Numbered from the whole stretch's first letter, positions 11,411 through 24,625 are shown. The stretch: 62,849 nucleotides of DNA, filler included, from Vannella sp. (GCA_023345925.1; 6 parts of 6 records of this genome joined end to end with filler, not necessarily neighbours in it), one strand, 5' to 3'. Made by a program: numbers and translations. Notes: generated by a model from the letters alone, not told the origin.

Positions 11411-12992
11411 TTAGGCAATGATGTCAGACACGATACCGTGGCCAACAGTCTTGCCACCCTCGCGGATGGAGAAAGAGTCTCCCTTGTTGAGGGCGATAGG
11501 TAAGATCAATTGGGCGTCGATCTCCAAGTTGTCACCGGGGACGGCGATCTCCAGATCCTTGGGCAATGTGATAGAGCCGGTGACATCAGCCGTGCGGAAG
11601 AAGAATTGAGGGCGATAGCCCGACTTGAAGCCCTTTTCGCGGCCTCCTTCCTCTTGACTGAGGAGGTACACAGATCCCTTGATCTGGGTCTTGGGGCTGA
11701 CGGAGCCAGGAGCGCAAAGGACTTGTCCACGTCGGATATCTTCCTTCTTGACACCACGAAGAAGGACACCACAGTCATCTCCAGGCTCTCCACGATCCAG
11801 CTTCTTGTTGAACATCTCGATACCAGTGCAAGCTGTCTTGATTGGCTTCAACTCGCGGCGCATACCGACCAGCTCAAGGGCATCTCCGACTTTGACGGAG
11901 CCCTGCACGATGGTGCCGGTGGCAACAGTACCACGGCCACCAATGGAGAACACAGATTTGATACCCATGAGGAAGGGCTTGTCAAAGTCACGTCTGGGAG
12001 GGTCGAGATCGTTGTCGAGCGCGTGGACTAGTTGCTCAATAGCGGAAACTCCGTAAATGCCAGCGTCGCCGTTAATGGCAGCCAAGGCGGATCCACGAAT
12101 GAACTTGACCTTGTTGGGGTCGAACTTGTAGGTCTCGAGCTCGTCCTTGATGTCCATCTCGACGATCTCTAAGATTTCGACCTCATCAACCTTATCCAGA
12201 CTCGTTAGTGGACTGAGATCATGCAGAAAGGAGATTGTTACCCACCATGTCGCATTTGTTGATCCAAACAACAATCTGGGGCACTCCCACCTGCTTAGCG
12301 AGCAAGAGATGCTCACGAGTTTGGGGCATCACACCCGCAGCACCGTCAACGACGAGGATCGCCACGTCGAGAGAGGCAGCACCAGAAATCATGTTCTACA
12401 TGATTGTGAGACGAGAGCATCGAGATCGAAAGGGACACACCTTGATGAACTCCTGATGTCCGGGACAGTCGACGTGGGAGTAGTGCTTAGCGAGGGTCTC
12501 GTACTCAACGTGAGAGGCGGCAATGGTGATACCACGCTTCTTCTCTTCGGGAGCCTTGTCGATCTCTCCGTAAGCTTTGAAGGTTGTGTTGGGCATCTTC
12601 TTGTCCGCGAGGACTGCATAGGAGTGAGAAATCAGGTTGGGAGGGTAGGAGTTTCTCACCCTTAGTGATGGCAGCGGTGAGAGTTGTCTTGCCGTGATCG
12701 ACGTGACCGATGGTTCCGACATTGATATGGGGCTTAGAGCGATCGAACGAAGCATACAGACGCTTGGTAAAAGCTACAAATGATTCCGTCTCCCATTAGC
12801 CACCTCCAATAGCGCCTGCAACCCGATGGTAGACGCACTGTGAACAGAAATCCTCTCGGCACCAGTAAGCGAGAAGGTGGTGGAACGCTGCACCACAAAT
12901 GATAAGAAATAGTCCCTCATCTCTCAGCATCGCTAAACTAAGGTACCTACCAACACGCACTGAGACAGAGAACGAGCACCCGCGAAAGCCAT
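11411..12992 (-). CDS. TUFM: Mitochondrial elongation factor Tu, multi-exon
   Basis: [72 protein letters not shown]; presequence-like [10 protein letters not shown] (start inferred). Confidence 0.92.
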
Positions 12993-13176
12993 CACGACAG
13001 AAAGGAAAGAAGAACTGGTCTTCCAGGAAGAGCCTCTAAATCCTTCCCCACTTTTGCTTTTCCCCCATCTAGAATGATTTTTAACAAAACGAAAGATCGT
13101 GTCAATGGGCTGGAGGCTGAGATGGAGGAAGATGAAAGAGAAGGAGGATGAAGAAGCGACCTGAAGAAGAGGTTTA

Positions 13177-13647
13177 TCACGTGGGAGGGAGAGAGGTATG
13201 TGGATTCGGATTCCGAACTAGACTGAGACACCTCTGAATGATTGCTGGGCGTGAGGAGCGCCGGGTTCGCTTTTGGAGAAGCGGCAGCAAGTGTGTGTGG
13301 CCTTCTTCCTCGGCCCAATCGATTGGGGTTCCATTGTCTGCATCAGCAAGGTCTGATAGGGCCCCGGCCTCCATGAGAACGGAGACAACTCTATCTCCGC
13401 CAGCCTTCACGGCCCAGTGGAGAGCGGTTTCACGGTAGAAGTTGAACGTATTAGCTTCGGCTCCTCGCTCCAGGAGGAATGTGACGAATCGGGGATCTTT
13501 CCGAAGGGCAGCAAAGTGAAGAGGGGTGCTCCCAAGCTTTGTTACCATCCTCAAATGGTCGGGATCATCCTCCACTATTCGGGACAGTTCCTCTTCGTTA
13601 AAGTCCTCTCTTACTAAGGCACGGATCAGGGGGTTCCACTTGACCAT
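13177..13647 (-). CDS. Small ankyrin-repeat protein
   Basis: GSTPLHFAA, ETALHWAV, GTPIDWA. Confidence 0.85.
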   Translation of the reverse strand: MVKWNPLIRALVREDFNEEELSRIVEDDPDHLRMVTKLGSTPLHFAALRKDPRFVTFLLERGAEANTFNFYRETALHWAVKAGGDRVVSVLMEAGALSDLADADNGTPIDWAEEEGHTHLLPLLQKRTRRSSRPAIIQRCLSLVRNPNPHTSLPPT

Positions 13648-13674
13648 GGGCGAGCGAATAATGAACGATTACGG

Positions 13675-13784
13675 CATCGTTCGTCGTTAACACTTTTCTC
13701 TCGCAAGAAACCACTTTCAGTGAAGTATACTAAATTAGGGCTTAAGGAAATCTCGATTGAGAAAAGTGTTAACGACGAACGATG
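13675..13784. repeat. Perfect 26-bp inverted repeat at contig end
   Basis: catcgttcgtcgttaacacttttctc (13675-13700) is the reverse complement of 13759-13784, which abuts the N spacer. Confidence 0.9.
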
Positions 13785-13884
13785 NNNNNNNNNNNNNNNN
13801 NNNNNNNNNNNNNNNNNNNNNNNNNNNNTTAATTAATTAANNNNNNNNNNNNNNNNNNNNNNNNNNNNNNNNNNNNNNNNNNNN
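13785..13884. other. Artificial contig spacer
   Basis: N44-TTAATTAATTAA-N44, stops in all six frames. Confidence 0.97.
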
Positions 13885-14273
<389 letters not shown>

Positions 14274-14354
14274 ACTCCTTCGTTTATATGATTTGGATGG
14301 TTTTGGGCCTTGCTGGGCATTATTCGGTGCCTTGACGCCTCTTGTGGGCGGGCG

Positions 14355-17300
14355 ATGAACTTGGCCACGGATCCCATTCAAGGGCTTATTAGCAAGCTTA
14401 GTGATGGGTAGGATGGTCTTGATTGTTGGCCGGGAGGCTAATGAGAGGGGTAGGAATGAGGAGATTGCTGCTGCTGCTAAAAAGGAGTTTATCACTCGCG
14501 TAGGTCCAGGTCTCTGTCGTTGTGGCTGATTCTCACCTTGATGATCTACCTCAGGTTACTGTACAAAGTAGAGAGCTCAGCCCTGAGAAGTTCGATGAGT
14601 TCGTGGAGGACATTTGCCAAAAGATCCTTCCTCTCATCAACAACCTCACGACTGTGATCATCGGCCTCAATGCCATCGGTACGTCCTCCTCTTCTTGGAA
14701 GGAAGGGCTTCCTTCTCACGAACCTCTCATAGATGCTCTCATTGACGTCGATTACTATGAGGGGGGCGGAAAGAAGTTCATCAAACTGGCTGCCTTTGTG
14801 AAGGTCTGCATCGGTCTTAATCGCCAAGCAGCAGGCCAAGCAGATGTGTCTGTGATGCAGAAGACTGTGGACGTTTATCGTACGCGTTCCTCTTGGCTGA
14901 TCATCCTCTGTTCTCTTACCCTTCTCCTTTGATAGGGAAACTCTTGAGCGGGCAAGATGGCAACATCTACGTTGACTCAGTGGAGTTTGAGCTTTCACGC
15001 GCACTTGAATGGCTTCAAGATAACCCTCATCAACGCCACATGGCTGTTCTTATCCTCGCACAGCTTGGTGCGCTCTGCTTCTTCCTTCCACAGGCTACAA
15101 CTAACTCTCTTTGATAGCCCAAAGTGTACCAACTATCTTCTTCTCTCATGTCCAAACCTTTATCGACTCGGTACTATCGCTTTCGCCTTCCCTACTGCTG
15201 CCTTACTCACCCTTTGCAACTAGATTTGGGCGGGCTTATACGACCAAAGTCTAGCAGTGCGAGAGTCGTCTGCAGCAGCTCTAAGTGCTGCTTTGGACCT
15301 GATCATCAAGCGCCAGAACCCGGAGGTTTGGTTCACCAAACTGTGGGACGAGTGCTACAACAAAGGCTTCAAGGTTAACTCTGTGGAGCGCATCCATGGC
15401 TCATTGCTCGTCTTAGGCGAGCTGCTGCGCATTCCTGGGAGCTTTAGGGAGAAGCACTTTAAAGAGTCGTGCGATCGCATCCTCAAGCTCAAGGACCACA
15501 AAGACAAGCTAATCAAACGCACCGTCATCACATTGATGCCCCGCTTGGCTGCATCGCATCCCAGCTTGTTTGTGCTGAATTATCGTCACACATGCATCAA
15601 CCACCTCCTCAGTTCGTTGCGGAAGGACGAAAAAGCGATCTCTGTTAGTTTCATCGCTATGGGGGAGATGGCTCTGGCTCTCAAGAGCCACATCAACCCT
15701 TACTTGGAGCAGATCATGGCAATGGTGCGGCAAATCTTGGTCAGTAAGCGGCCTGGATACATTGAGGCGATGCAGTGTGTCTCGATGCTCTCTCAGGCTG
15801 TTGGACCTGCGCTTAGCCAGTACCTGGGCGACATTCTGGGCCTCATGTTTGACACAGGACTGAGCACGAGTCTGACTGATTGTCTGACAGAGCTAGTTCG
15901 CTTTACACCTTCTTTCCTCCCGATGATTCAAGAGAGATTGCTGGACCTGCTCTCTCTCGTACTGTCAGGAAAGCCATATTACCATTCAGGAACGCCAGCC
16001 TCTTTCAGGAAGAAGAAAGCTTCTCCACAGTTCATGGACAGTCGGAAGAGCGCTTTGGCTTTGAATACTTTGGGGTCTTTCGACTTCTCCTCACATGTCC
16101 TCACAGAGTTGGTCTGTGAAAGCGTTGTCCCTTACTTGGATGATGAGCAGCCGTAAGTCCATTCCCTCCCCACCTTGAGTAGCCCGTTCTCATCGCAGGC
16201 AATGTTTTAGGATCATTCGCAAAGAAGCGGCGATCACTTGCACCAAACTAATTGTGGGAAAGGGCAAGCCACCACCCACGCGTGGTCACGCTGCTTCTGT
16301 GGTTGCTCATGTTCTAGAGAAGCTTTTGAACGTGGGAATTGCAGATACGGACCCTTCCATTCGCTGGACTGTCTTGCGTTCACTGCAGAAACGATTCGAT
16401 CATTTCCTAGCTCAACCTGAGAACCTTCGATGCCTCTTTCTGGCACTGAATGATGAAGTGTTCAAGATAAGAGAGTTGGCCATCACAATTCTCGGTCGGC
16501 TCACAAGGCGGAATCCGGCTTATGTACTCCCTTCTCTTCGTACAACACTTATTCAGCTCCTTACGGAGCTCAAAGTTGGCCGTGATAACGTCAATAAGGA
16601 GGAAAGTGCACTTCTCCTGAGCTTGTTAGTGCGAGACTCGCATCAATTGGTCCAACCTTATGTAGAACCGATTCTCAACGCATTGTTCCCCAAAATTAGC
16701 GATCCAAACCCTCGAGTGGCTTCCTGCTCTCTTGCAGCTTTAGGTGAGTTGGTGCAGGTAGGGCAGGAGAGCATCAAGCAATATAACGAGATGTTATTAC
16801 CTCCCATCATCAGCACACTTCAAGATCAAAGCTCTTCTTCCAAGCGCGAGGTTGCACTGAACACTCTCGGCAAGCTCATCAAAAGTACGGGCTATGTGAT
16901 AGCTCCCTTCTTAGACTATCCTCCTCTGTTGGACATCCTCCTGAACGAGATTCGAACGGAGCAATTGCCAAGCATCAGAAGCCAAGTGCTTCAGGTGGTT
17001 GGCATCATTGGTGCCATTGATCCATACAAGCACAGGATAGCTTCATTGCGCCAACGGCCTCCCGAGCGCACTACTGAGCGCTCTGTTCTCCGTTCACTGA
17101 CTGAAGAGGATATGACAGACGGTATTTCGCCTTCCTCAGAAGACTACTACCCGACTGTTGCCATCGCCAAGATGCTTAGAATTCTTCGTGATTCCTCTCT
17201 AAGTGCTCACCACACCAGCGTTGTCCAAGCAATGATCCAAAACATCTGCCAAAGTCTCGGTACCAAATGCATTCCCTTCCTGTCTGAGATAATGCCCCCG

Positions 17301-20300
17301 CTTCTGCACAGCATGAAGCACTGCGAAACTGGATTCCGACGCTTCTTGTTCCAACAAATTGGAATGCTTGTTTCCATCACCAAACAACACATTCGGGAGT
17401 ATCTTCCAGACATCTTTGAAAGGGTGAACCAGTTCTGGTGCGAGCCTTATCTGCCCAACATTCTCTATCTCGTGGAAGAGATCTCCAATGCCCTTAAGGA
17501 TGAGTTCAAACCATATCTTCCTGACTTGTTACCCCAAATCCTCGACAGCATCTCCTATCCCATCGGTTTAGGGTCAGCTGAGGTTCCGACAAAGGTGCTG
17601 CAGACCTTGGAGAACTTTGCCACTCAATTGTCAGACTACATTCACATGGCCCTTCCTGCTGTCGTTCGAGTCTTTGAGACCATCACAACTCCGATCTACA
17701 TGAGGCGGCTGGCCATCAACACAATGGAACGCCTCTGCCGTAAACTGAACTTCTCGGATTATGCCTCCCGCATTATTCACCCTCTTGCGCGCGTTCTCCA
17801 CGAAGATGGCGAGTTGACCCCAACTGTGATGGACTGCCTCTCTGCACTGGCGTACCAATTAGGTTCAGAGTACAATGCCTTTGTGCCGATGATCTCTAAG
17901 GTGGTCACTCGGTACCGCATTGTTCATTTGCGTTACTCTACGATCGAGAAGAAGTTGGCTAATCACGAGCCTTTGCTTCCAGAAGATATTGGAGAGAACC
18001 AGGCGATCTCAGGGCCCGGAGATATGGAACCAACTACTATTGAGAAGATCAAAGTGAACCAAACCAACCTTAAGAAGGTTTGGGACGCTTCTCACAAGTC
18101 CACGAAGGCTGACTGGAACGAATGGCTCCGCAAGTTCTCGATTGAGTTGCTCCGTGAGTCTCCGTCACCAGCTCTGCGTTCTTGTAAGAACCTTGCACAG
18201 CAATACCACCCACTCGCCCGAGAGCTCTTCAATGCCAGTTTCTACTCTTGCTGGAATGAGCTGTACGACCCGAACCAAGAAGATTTGGTGAAGAATCTGC
18301 AGATTGCCCTAGTCAGTGTCCCCCCAAAGATCTTACAAACCCTCCTCAACCTTGCTGAGTTCATGGAACATCACGACAAGCCTCTTCCTATCAACGTTAG
18401 CGTATTGAGTGAGCTGGCAGTCAAATGTAACGCTCTCGCCAAAGCTTTGCGTTACAAAGAGTCCGATTTCCGCGATTCTCCAAAAGACACAACCGTGGCG
18501 TCTTTGATTAGTATCTACAGCGAGTTACAGCAACATGAGGCTGCCATGGGTATCCTCGAGTACACTCAAAAGAACTACAACATCAAGCTGAACGAGTCTT
18601 GGTACGAGAAGCTTCAGCGTTGGGACGAAGCCCTCGAGGTGTACAACCGCAAGTATGTTGATAACTCTGAAGATGTGGACACCTCTCTTGGCCGAATGCG
18701 ATGCCAGTATGCTCTGGGTCAGTGGGAGGATCTTTCCCAGCTCTCTCAACAAGTCTGGCAGTCTGGGCACATGGAGCATATCCGTTCCACTGTTGCCCCA
18801 CTGGCAGCTGCTGCCGCCTGGAACTTGGGCCAGTGGGAGGTTCTTGAGGAGTTTGTGAGCGCCATGGATCCTCACCACTACAACGGATCCTTCTATCGCG
18901 CTCTTCTCTGCGTCCACAAAGATCGATTCTCCGAGGCCCAATTAGCTATCAACCGGGCCAGAGAGTCAGTTGATACCAGTCTTACTGCCCTCGTAGCTGA
19001 AAGCTATGGCCGCGCCTACGATGAAGTAGTGAACGTGCAGCTTCTCTCTGAGCTTGAGGAGGTGATTGAGTACAAACAGCTTCCCGTTGATGCCATCCGA
19101 CGCTCCACAATGAGGGAGACTTGGAAGAAACGCCTGTTTGGTTCTCGACCAAACGTATATTCCTGGCAGCGAATGCTTTCCATGCGCTCCATGGTTTGCC
19201 CTCCTCACGAAGACTTGCGGACTTGGCTTAAGTTTGTCTCTTTATGTCGCAAGAGCGGGCGCCACTCCATCGCTCAGAAGGTTATCTCTAATTTGATTGG
19301 ACACGACTTCAATCAAGTGCCAGCTACGATGAAGGTGAACTACCCACTCGTTGGCTATGCTTATTTGAAGCACCTGTGGACTATTGACAAACGCCCTGAA
19401 GCGTTGCAACGAATGCGAGTGTTTGTGGAGCAATTGGATGACTCTGACTTGCCCCTTTTGGCCAAATGCAGTTTGAAACTCGGGCAATGGCAATTAGCTC
19501 TATCAACTGCAGACCGTGGCGCCTTGCTTGAGGAAGTCATCCCCAATGTGTTAGTGAGCTTCAAGTCATCCACTCGCTTCGATAAGAATTGGTACAAGGC
19601 TTGGCACATGTGGGCTTTGACCAACTTTACTGCTATTCAATTGAATGAGGAGCAAGGGCAGTCTTTCGCAAAGATAAGGGAATTCATCTTCCCTGCTATC
19701 CGAGGTTTCTTTAGCTCGATTGCCTTGGCGCCTCCGGGGCAGAATCTGCAAGACACTCTGCGTCTATTGACATTGTGGTTCCAATATGGAAGCCATGAGG
19801 ACGTTCAAACTAGTATCAACGACGGTTTTACAACAGTCAGCATTGATAACTGGCTTCAAGTGATCCCTCAAATCATTGCTCGCATCCACACAGGAGCCTT
19901 GTCCGTACGGAAGATGATTCACGACCTGTTAGCCCGTATCGGAGAGGTTCATCCTCAAGCATTACTGTACTCCTTGAACGTGGCCTCCAAGTCCCCCTCT
20001 CAATCTCGTAGAGCTGCTGCCTTGGCAGTCCTGGACACACTTCGAGTTCATTCTCCCCTCCTTGTCGAACAGTCTCAAATAGTAGCTCAGGAGCTTATTC
20101 GGGTTGCCATTCTCTGGAACGAGATGTGGCATGAAGCTCTGGAAGACGCTTCTCGCCAGTACTTTGGAGAGAACAACATCGAAGGCATGTTCGAGATTCT
20201 CGCTCCCCTTCACGAAATGATGAAAAGAGGTCCCGAAACCCTTCAAGAGTCCACTTTCCAACAACAATACGGCAAAGCCCTTCTGGAAGCTCACCAATGT

Positions 20301-21712
20301 TGTAAGAAGTACATTTCCACCAAACGCTCCTCTGAGCTCGACAAAGCGTGGGAGTTCTACTACGATGTCTTCAGGAAGATCGACAAACAGCTCAAGTACC
20401 ACCAAAACCAATTCGAGTTGCATCAGATCTCGCCCAAGCTGGAAGAATACGCTCGTGATCTCTCTATTGCCATGCCTGGAACTTACCGTGCGAATGCAGA
20501 GGTTGTCACTATCAAGGCCTTCGATACTCTCTTGACTGTGATCACTTCCAAGCAGCGCCCTCGGAAACTAACGATTAACGGAAGCGACGGATCTTCTTAC
20601 CAGTTCTTGCTGAAGGGACATGAGGACTTGAGACAAGATGAGCGCGTTATGCAGCTTTTTGGACTTGTCAATACTCTTCTGGAGAGCAACTTGGAGACCG
20701 CCAGCCGCCATTTGAATATCCAACGATACTCTGTCTGCCCTCTTTCCCCCAACTCAGGACTTATCGGTTGGGTGCCTCTTCACGACACGTTACACTCTCT
20801 CATTCGGGACTATCGAGACTCTAAGAAGATCGTCTTGAACATCGAACATCGCTTGATTAACAACATCACTTCCGACTATGATAGTCTCAGTCTCATGCAG
20901 AAGGTGGAGGTCTTCGAGCACTCTCTTGAGTTCACAAACGGCATGGATTTGGATCGCATCCTTTGGCTGAAGAGCACTAATTCAGAGACTTGGCTCGACC
21001 GCCGAACCAACTATACCCGCTCACTTGCTGTCATGTGCATGGTCGGTTATATCTTAGGCCTTGGTGATCGCCATCCTTCCAACTTGATGCTCCACCGTTT
21101 GACTGGCAAGATTCTCCACATAGACTTTGGAGATTGCTTCGAAGTGGCCATGTGCCGCGAGAAGTTCCCAGAAAAGATTCCTTTCCGATTGACGCGGATG
21201 TTGCGCAACGCCATGGAAGTGAGTGGGATCGAAGGCAACTTCCGATACACTTGCGAGAGAGTGTTAGAAGTGATGCGCGAGAACAAGCAATCGCTTATGG
21301 CCGTGTTGGAAGCTTTTGTTCACGACCCTCTTCTGAATTGGCGCCTTCTGACAGCCTCTCCTGAGATGAACGATTTGGGCAACCCAGAGGATGCCTCCTC
21401 TCTTACTCGCACCCGTCGATTCACTGATAGTAAGCAAACTCCCTTCCTCTCTTCCTTTAGTGCCCTCCATGAGCCAAACTCACTTTTTTGATAGGTCCAG
21501 GGGAAAGCGGCCCTCTCACTGAGAACCTGAACGAGCGTGCGGTGCAAGTCATCAAGAGAGTCTCCTCTAAACTCACCGGAGAAGACTTCCCATCCCCGTC
21601 AGGAGACGCTGAACCTCTCAGTGTCGCCGAACAAGTCCAACGGCTCATCGAACAAGCCTCCAGCCACGAGAATCTCTGCCAATGCTACATCGGCTGGTGC
21701 CCCTTCTGGTAG
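14355..21712 (+). CDS. TOR: Target of rapamycin kinase (HEAT, FAT, FRB, PIKK kinase, FATC)
   Basis: [65 protein letters not shown], terminal [14 protein letters not shown]; several short 5' introns and one near 21431; start approximate. Confidence 0.97.
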
Positions 21713-21847
21713 AATCCACTGTAAATCACTGTCCATCCCCATTCCCCCTCACAATCCATAAACACCAAAAGGATCGTCCTCCTTCCCGTTGCCCATTATT
21801 ACGCCATTATGGTATTGTCACAAGGTCATTTTCCCAACGCTCCTGGA

Positions 21848-23240
21848 ATGAAGCCGCATCAGGAGGTGAGGAAACGAGAGGTCAAAGAGATGTTGGAGGA
21901 GAAGGTGGTGGTGGTGGATGGAGGGTCCGATGAGGGCTCTCTTGAGGATGACGACATGCCATCCGAGGATGAAGAAGCCTACCATCCAGATGACTTCGTT
22001 ATCAAAAGCCAGAGAAAGGGAGCCATAAGGAGCTTCACTCCCGTGGGAAAGAGGCCTAGAATCGCCCAAGATTCCCCAGGCGAGACTCCCTCTGATCCTT
22101 CCTCCTCGATGTTTAACGTCCATCCCGGGTCCCACGGACATTCGTGGAGTCAGAAAGAGAGAGACGCGTTCATTGAAGGTGTTCAGATCCATGGACGAGG
22201 CAAATGGGCGCTAATCGCCAGACACATCGGTACTCGGAGCTCCCTTCAAGTGAAGAATCACGCTTGGAACTTCTTCCGGAGTGAAAGAGAGCCTCTCATC
22301 ATCGTTCCTTCTGATCACACCTTCAAATGCCCTCCCACTTCTCCCCTCTTCTCAGATGGATCAACCAGCTCTGAGGGCGTCTTCCGTTCCTCCAAAGCTC
22401 CCTCCTCATCAGAACCCGGCATTCAGCCTCTCATTCGATCTCTTACTGGAGAGCAGTCGTACGAAGGTACTCGGTCGAAGCAGCAAAGGTCTAACAAAGA
22501 CATCCCAAAAGAACCTTTTGATTCCTCCTTAAGTGAGTGGAAGGATGGTGACGAGACAGAAGAGGATGAAGTACGTTCTTTCTTGTATTCTCTAGATACT
22601 CACAACGCTCAGGATCTCGAGGACAAGGTGAAAGCACAGATGGAGCAGCAAATGAAGTTTCTTCCTCCCATTCCTGATTTCATCTCCCGAGCAGACCCAG
22701 CCACACTCAGCATCAGCTTTATCATTCAAGAGCGCGATCTGATGGTGGCCACTATTCCTGAGCCCACTCGCCAGCTTGTAAGTGGTCCACACTCTCTCAT
22801 TCGTTCTCACTCCGCAGAAGAGGTTCCCCGAGAACGACTTAGTGACTGAGCATGAGAGAGCGTTCAATCGAGAGTTCTTCTCCAATAACTCCATCAAAAC
22901 GCCAGAGCGTTATGTCCGCATCCGGAACTTTTGTCTCCGCACTTGGCGCGAGAATTGGCCCAAGTTTGTCTCCAAAACAACCGTTCGCGATGGACTGAAG
23001 GATTGTGGGGATGTGAATGCTATCGGACGAGTGCATGAGTACTTAGAGAAGCTCGGAGCGGTGAATTTTGGTGCAGGAAAGTCGCGTCGTTGCGTTCGAA
23101 AGACTAAAAAGAACGAGCCCACCGCTAAATATCGACGAAAACGGAGAGAAGATAGTGTCTCCCTCCTTTCTTCAGGCGATTCCTCCCCTCTGGAAGATCA
23201 CAATAGCTCCTCTGAAGATCCGAAAGGTCCGGATGAGTAA
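21848..23240 (+). CDS. Myb/SANT + SWIRM chromatin protein (MYSM1-like, no MPN domain)
   Basis: WSQKERDAFIEGVQIHGRGKWALIARHIGTRSSLQVKNHA; KTPERYVRIRN...LKDCGDVNAIGRVHEYLEKLGAVNFG; intron at about 22777-22817. Confidence 0.8.
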
Positions 23241-23344
23241 CATCAATTCGCTCTTCTTTTGATAAAGCTTTGAGGAACATTATTGAAGCTTTGAGAAGCT
23301 ATCTGAGCTATCACCAAAGAGCTGAGAGCTGAAGGACAAAAAGT

Positions 23345-24625
23345 TTAATCGTCACTAGGGTCAGTAAAGGAGCTTCCCACGAAGTCTTCGAGGGAAATTC
23401 CAATGAGATCGACGCTGGTATCTTCAGCCTCAGCAGGAGGGGAAGAACGCGCGGTTCTCACTCGAAAGAGAAGAACAATTCCAGAAACTAGAAGTAACAT
23501 CACTCCAATCACCAACGCAGATCCCCATCGAATCAAGCTGAATCCCTCATGAAGGAGTGGCTTAGAATGAAGACCAGCATCTAGAGTACTTTCAGCATCT
23601 TCCCAAACTTGTTCGCATCCGTCACAAGATTGGGAGTCCAATAAGGGCGGCTGACTGGCATTGAAATAAGAGTTTCCGGTCCCTTGAACTGGCTTAATGA
23701 ATTTGAATACAGCAGAGACGTACTGCTTCCCGTGAGGAGAGCTGGGATCCGTCACAATGTACATTAAAGGTGGATTGGCAGTGTTATCGATGGCAATGCC
23801 TTCCGGATTCTCCATGGGAAGGTCCCAATAGTCCAATACATCCTTTCCTGTGGTGTCAGTCAAGAAGACTTGCTCGCTCTTATCTGAAAGGACCCAAAGC
23901 AGCCCCAACTCTTCATCGAAGGCTAAGCCTGAAAGATCTTTGGAGTACTCCGTTATCACAGCCCTTTCGACAGTGCCTTCATGAAAAGGGACGAACATGA
24001 TCAAAGGAGGCTCTTTCTCGTTGGCAATCAGGAAGCCCTGACCTATTGGGTCCCAAGTGAGTCCTTCTAGTCCGGGAATATCGTCTGGATCATCGTGTGG
24101 CTTCAAGTATGGCTCTCTGAAGGCCTTCAAGTATCTATCAGTAACCTTCTCTGAAGTAGAGAGTCTCCGTACCTCGATATCAATGGGGAATTGGGCTTGT
24201 TCGATCAAGAAGAGCTCCTCCTCACCACTTTCTTCGTTCAGCAGCCGTCCAAAGGAGGTTGGATCATCAAGGCGAGGAAGTACAAAGGAAGTGACTCTCA
24301 TATGGCCCTCTTCAGCAATGTAAAGGCGCTTGTTGAAGTCGTCACAGGCCACCGCCTCCACATCCTTGTGCTTCCGAGGGAACAGCCAGTTCCTCAGCAG
24401 AGAGCCTTCCATATCCATTTCAAACACACCCCCACAAACCGATGTACGATCACAGATGAGGAAGAGGCTGCTTGTGGACGCGCAAAAGGTGGCACCACTT
24501 GGTTCCGCCACCGAATCCTCGATCTCTCTCGCTAGCAGAGGTTGCAGCGTCACCACTTTCTGACGTGGCTTCTTTGCCAATACTAACACCAACACCAACA
24601 CAATCATCAGCACCAGCCCTTTCAT
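23345..24625 (-). CDS. Type I membrane protein with SdiA-regulated/YjiK-like beta-propeller
   Basis: N-terminal hydrophobic signal; EPSG, DVEAVA, GLEGLTWD...NEKEP, DLSGLAFD...LWVLSDKS, PEGIAID blades; C-terminal TM helix. Confidence 0.7.
   Translation of the reverse strand: MKGLVLMIVLVLVLVLAKKPRQKVVTLQPLLAREIEDSVAEPSGATFCASTSSLFLICDRTSVCGGVFEMDMEGSLLRNWLFPRKHKDVEAVACDDFNKRLYIAEEGHMRVTSFVLPRLDDPTSFGRLLNEESGEEELFLIEQAQFPIDIEVRRLSTSEKVTDRYLKAFREPYLKPHDDPDDIPGLEGLTWDPIGQGFLIANEKEPPLIMFVPFHEGTVERAVITEYSKDLSGLAFDEELGLLWVLSDKSEQVFLTDTTGKDVLDYWDLPMENPEGIAIDNTANPPLMYIVTDPSSPHGKQYVSAVFKFIKPVQGTGNSYFNASQPPLLDSQSCDGCEQVWEDAESTLDAGLHSKPLLHEGFSLIRWGSALVIGVMLLLVSGIVLLFRVRTARSSPPAEAEDTSVDLIGISLEDFVGSSFTDPSDD

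Noticed and set aside
11510..12665. Plus-strand ORFs opposite EF-Tu
   Set aside because: Same codon-bias antisense artefact.
13785..13884. TTAATTAATTAA flanked by N runs, five times in the window
   Set aside because: Identical 100-nt six-frame-stop spacers used to concatenate contigs; not a repeat family, PiggyBac TTAA site or CRISPR. Gene order across them is not biological.
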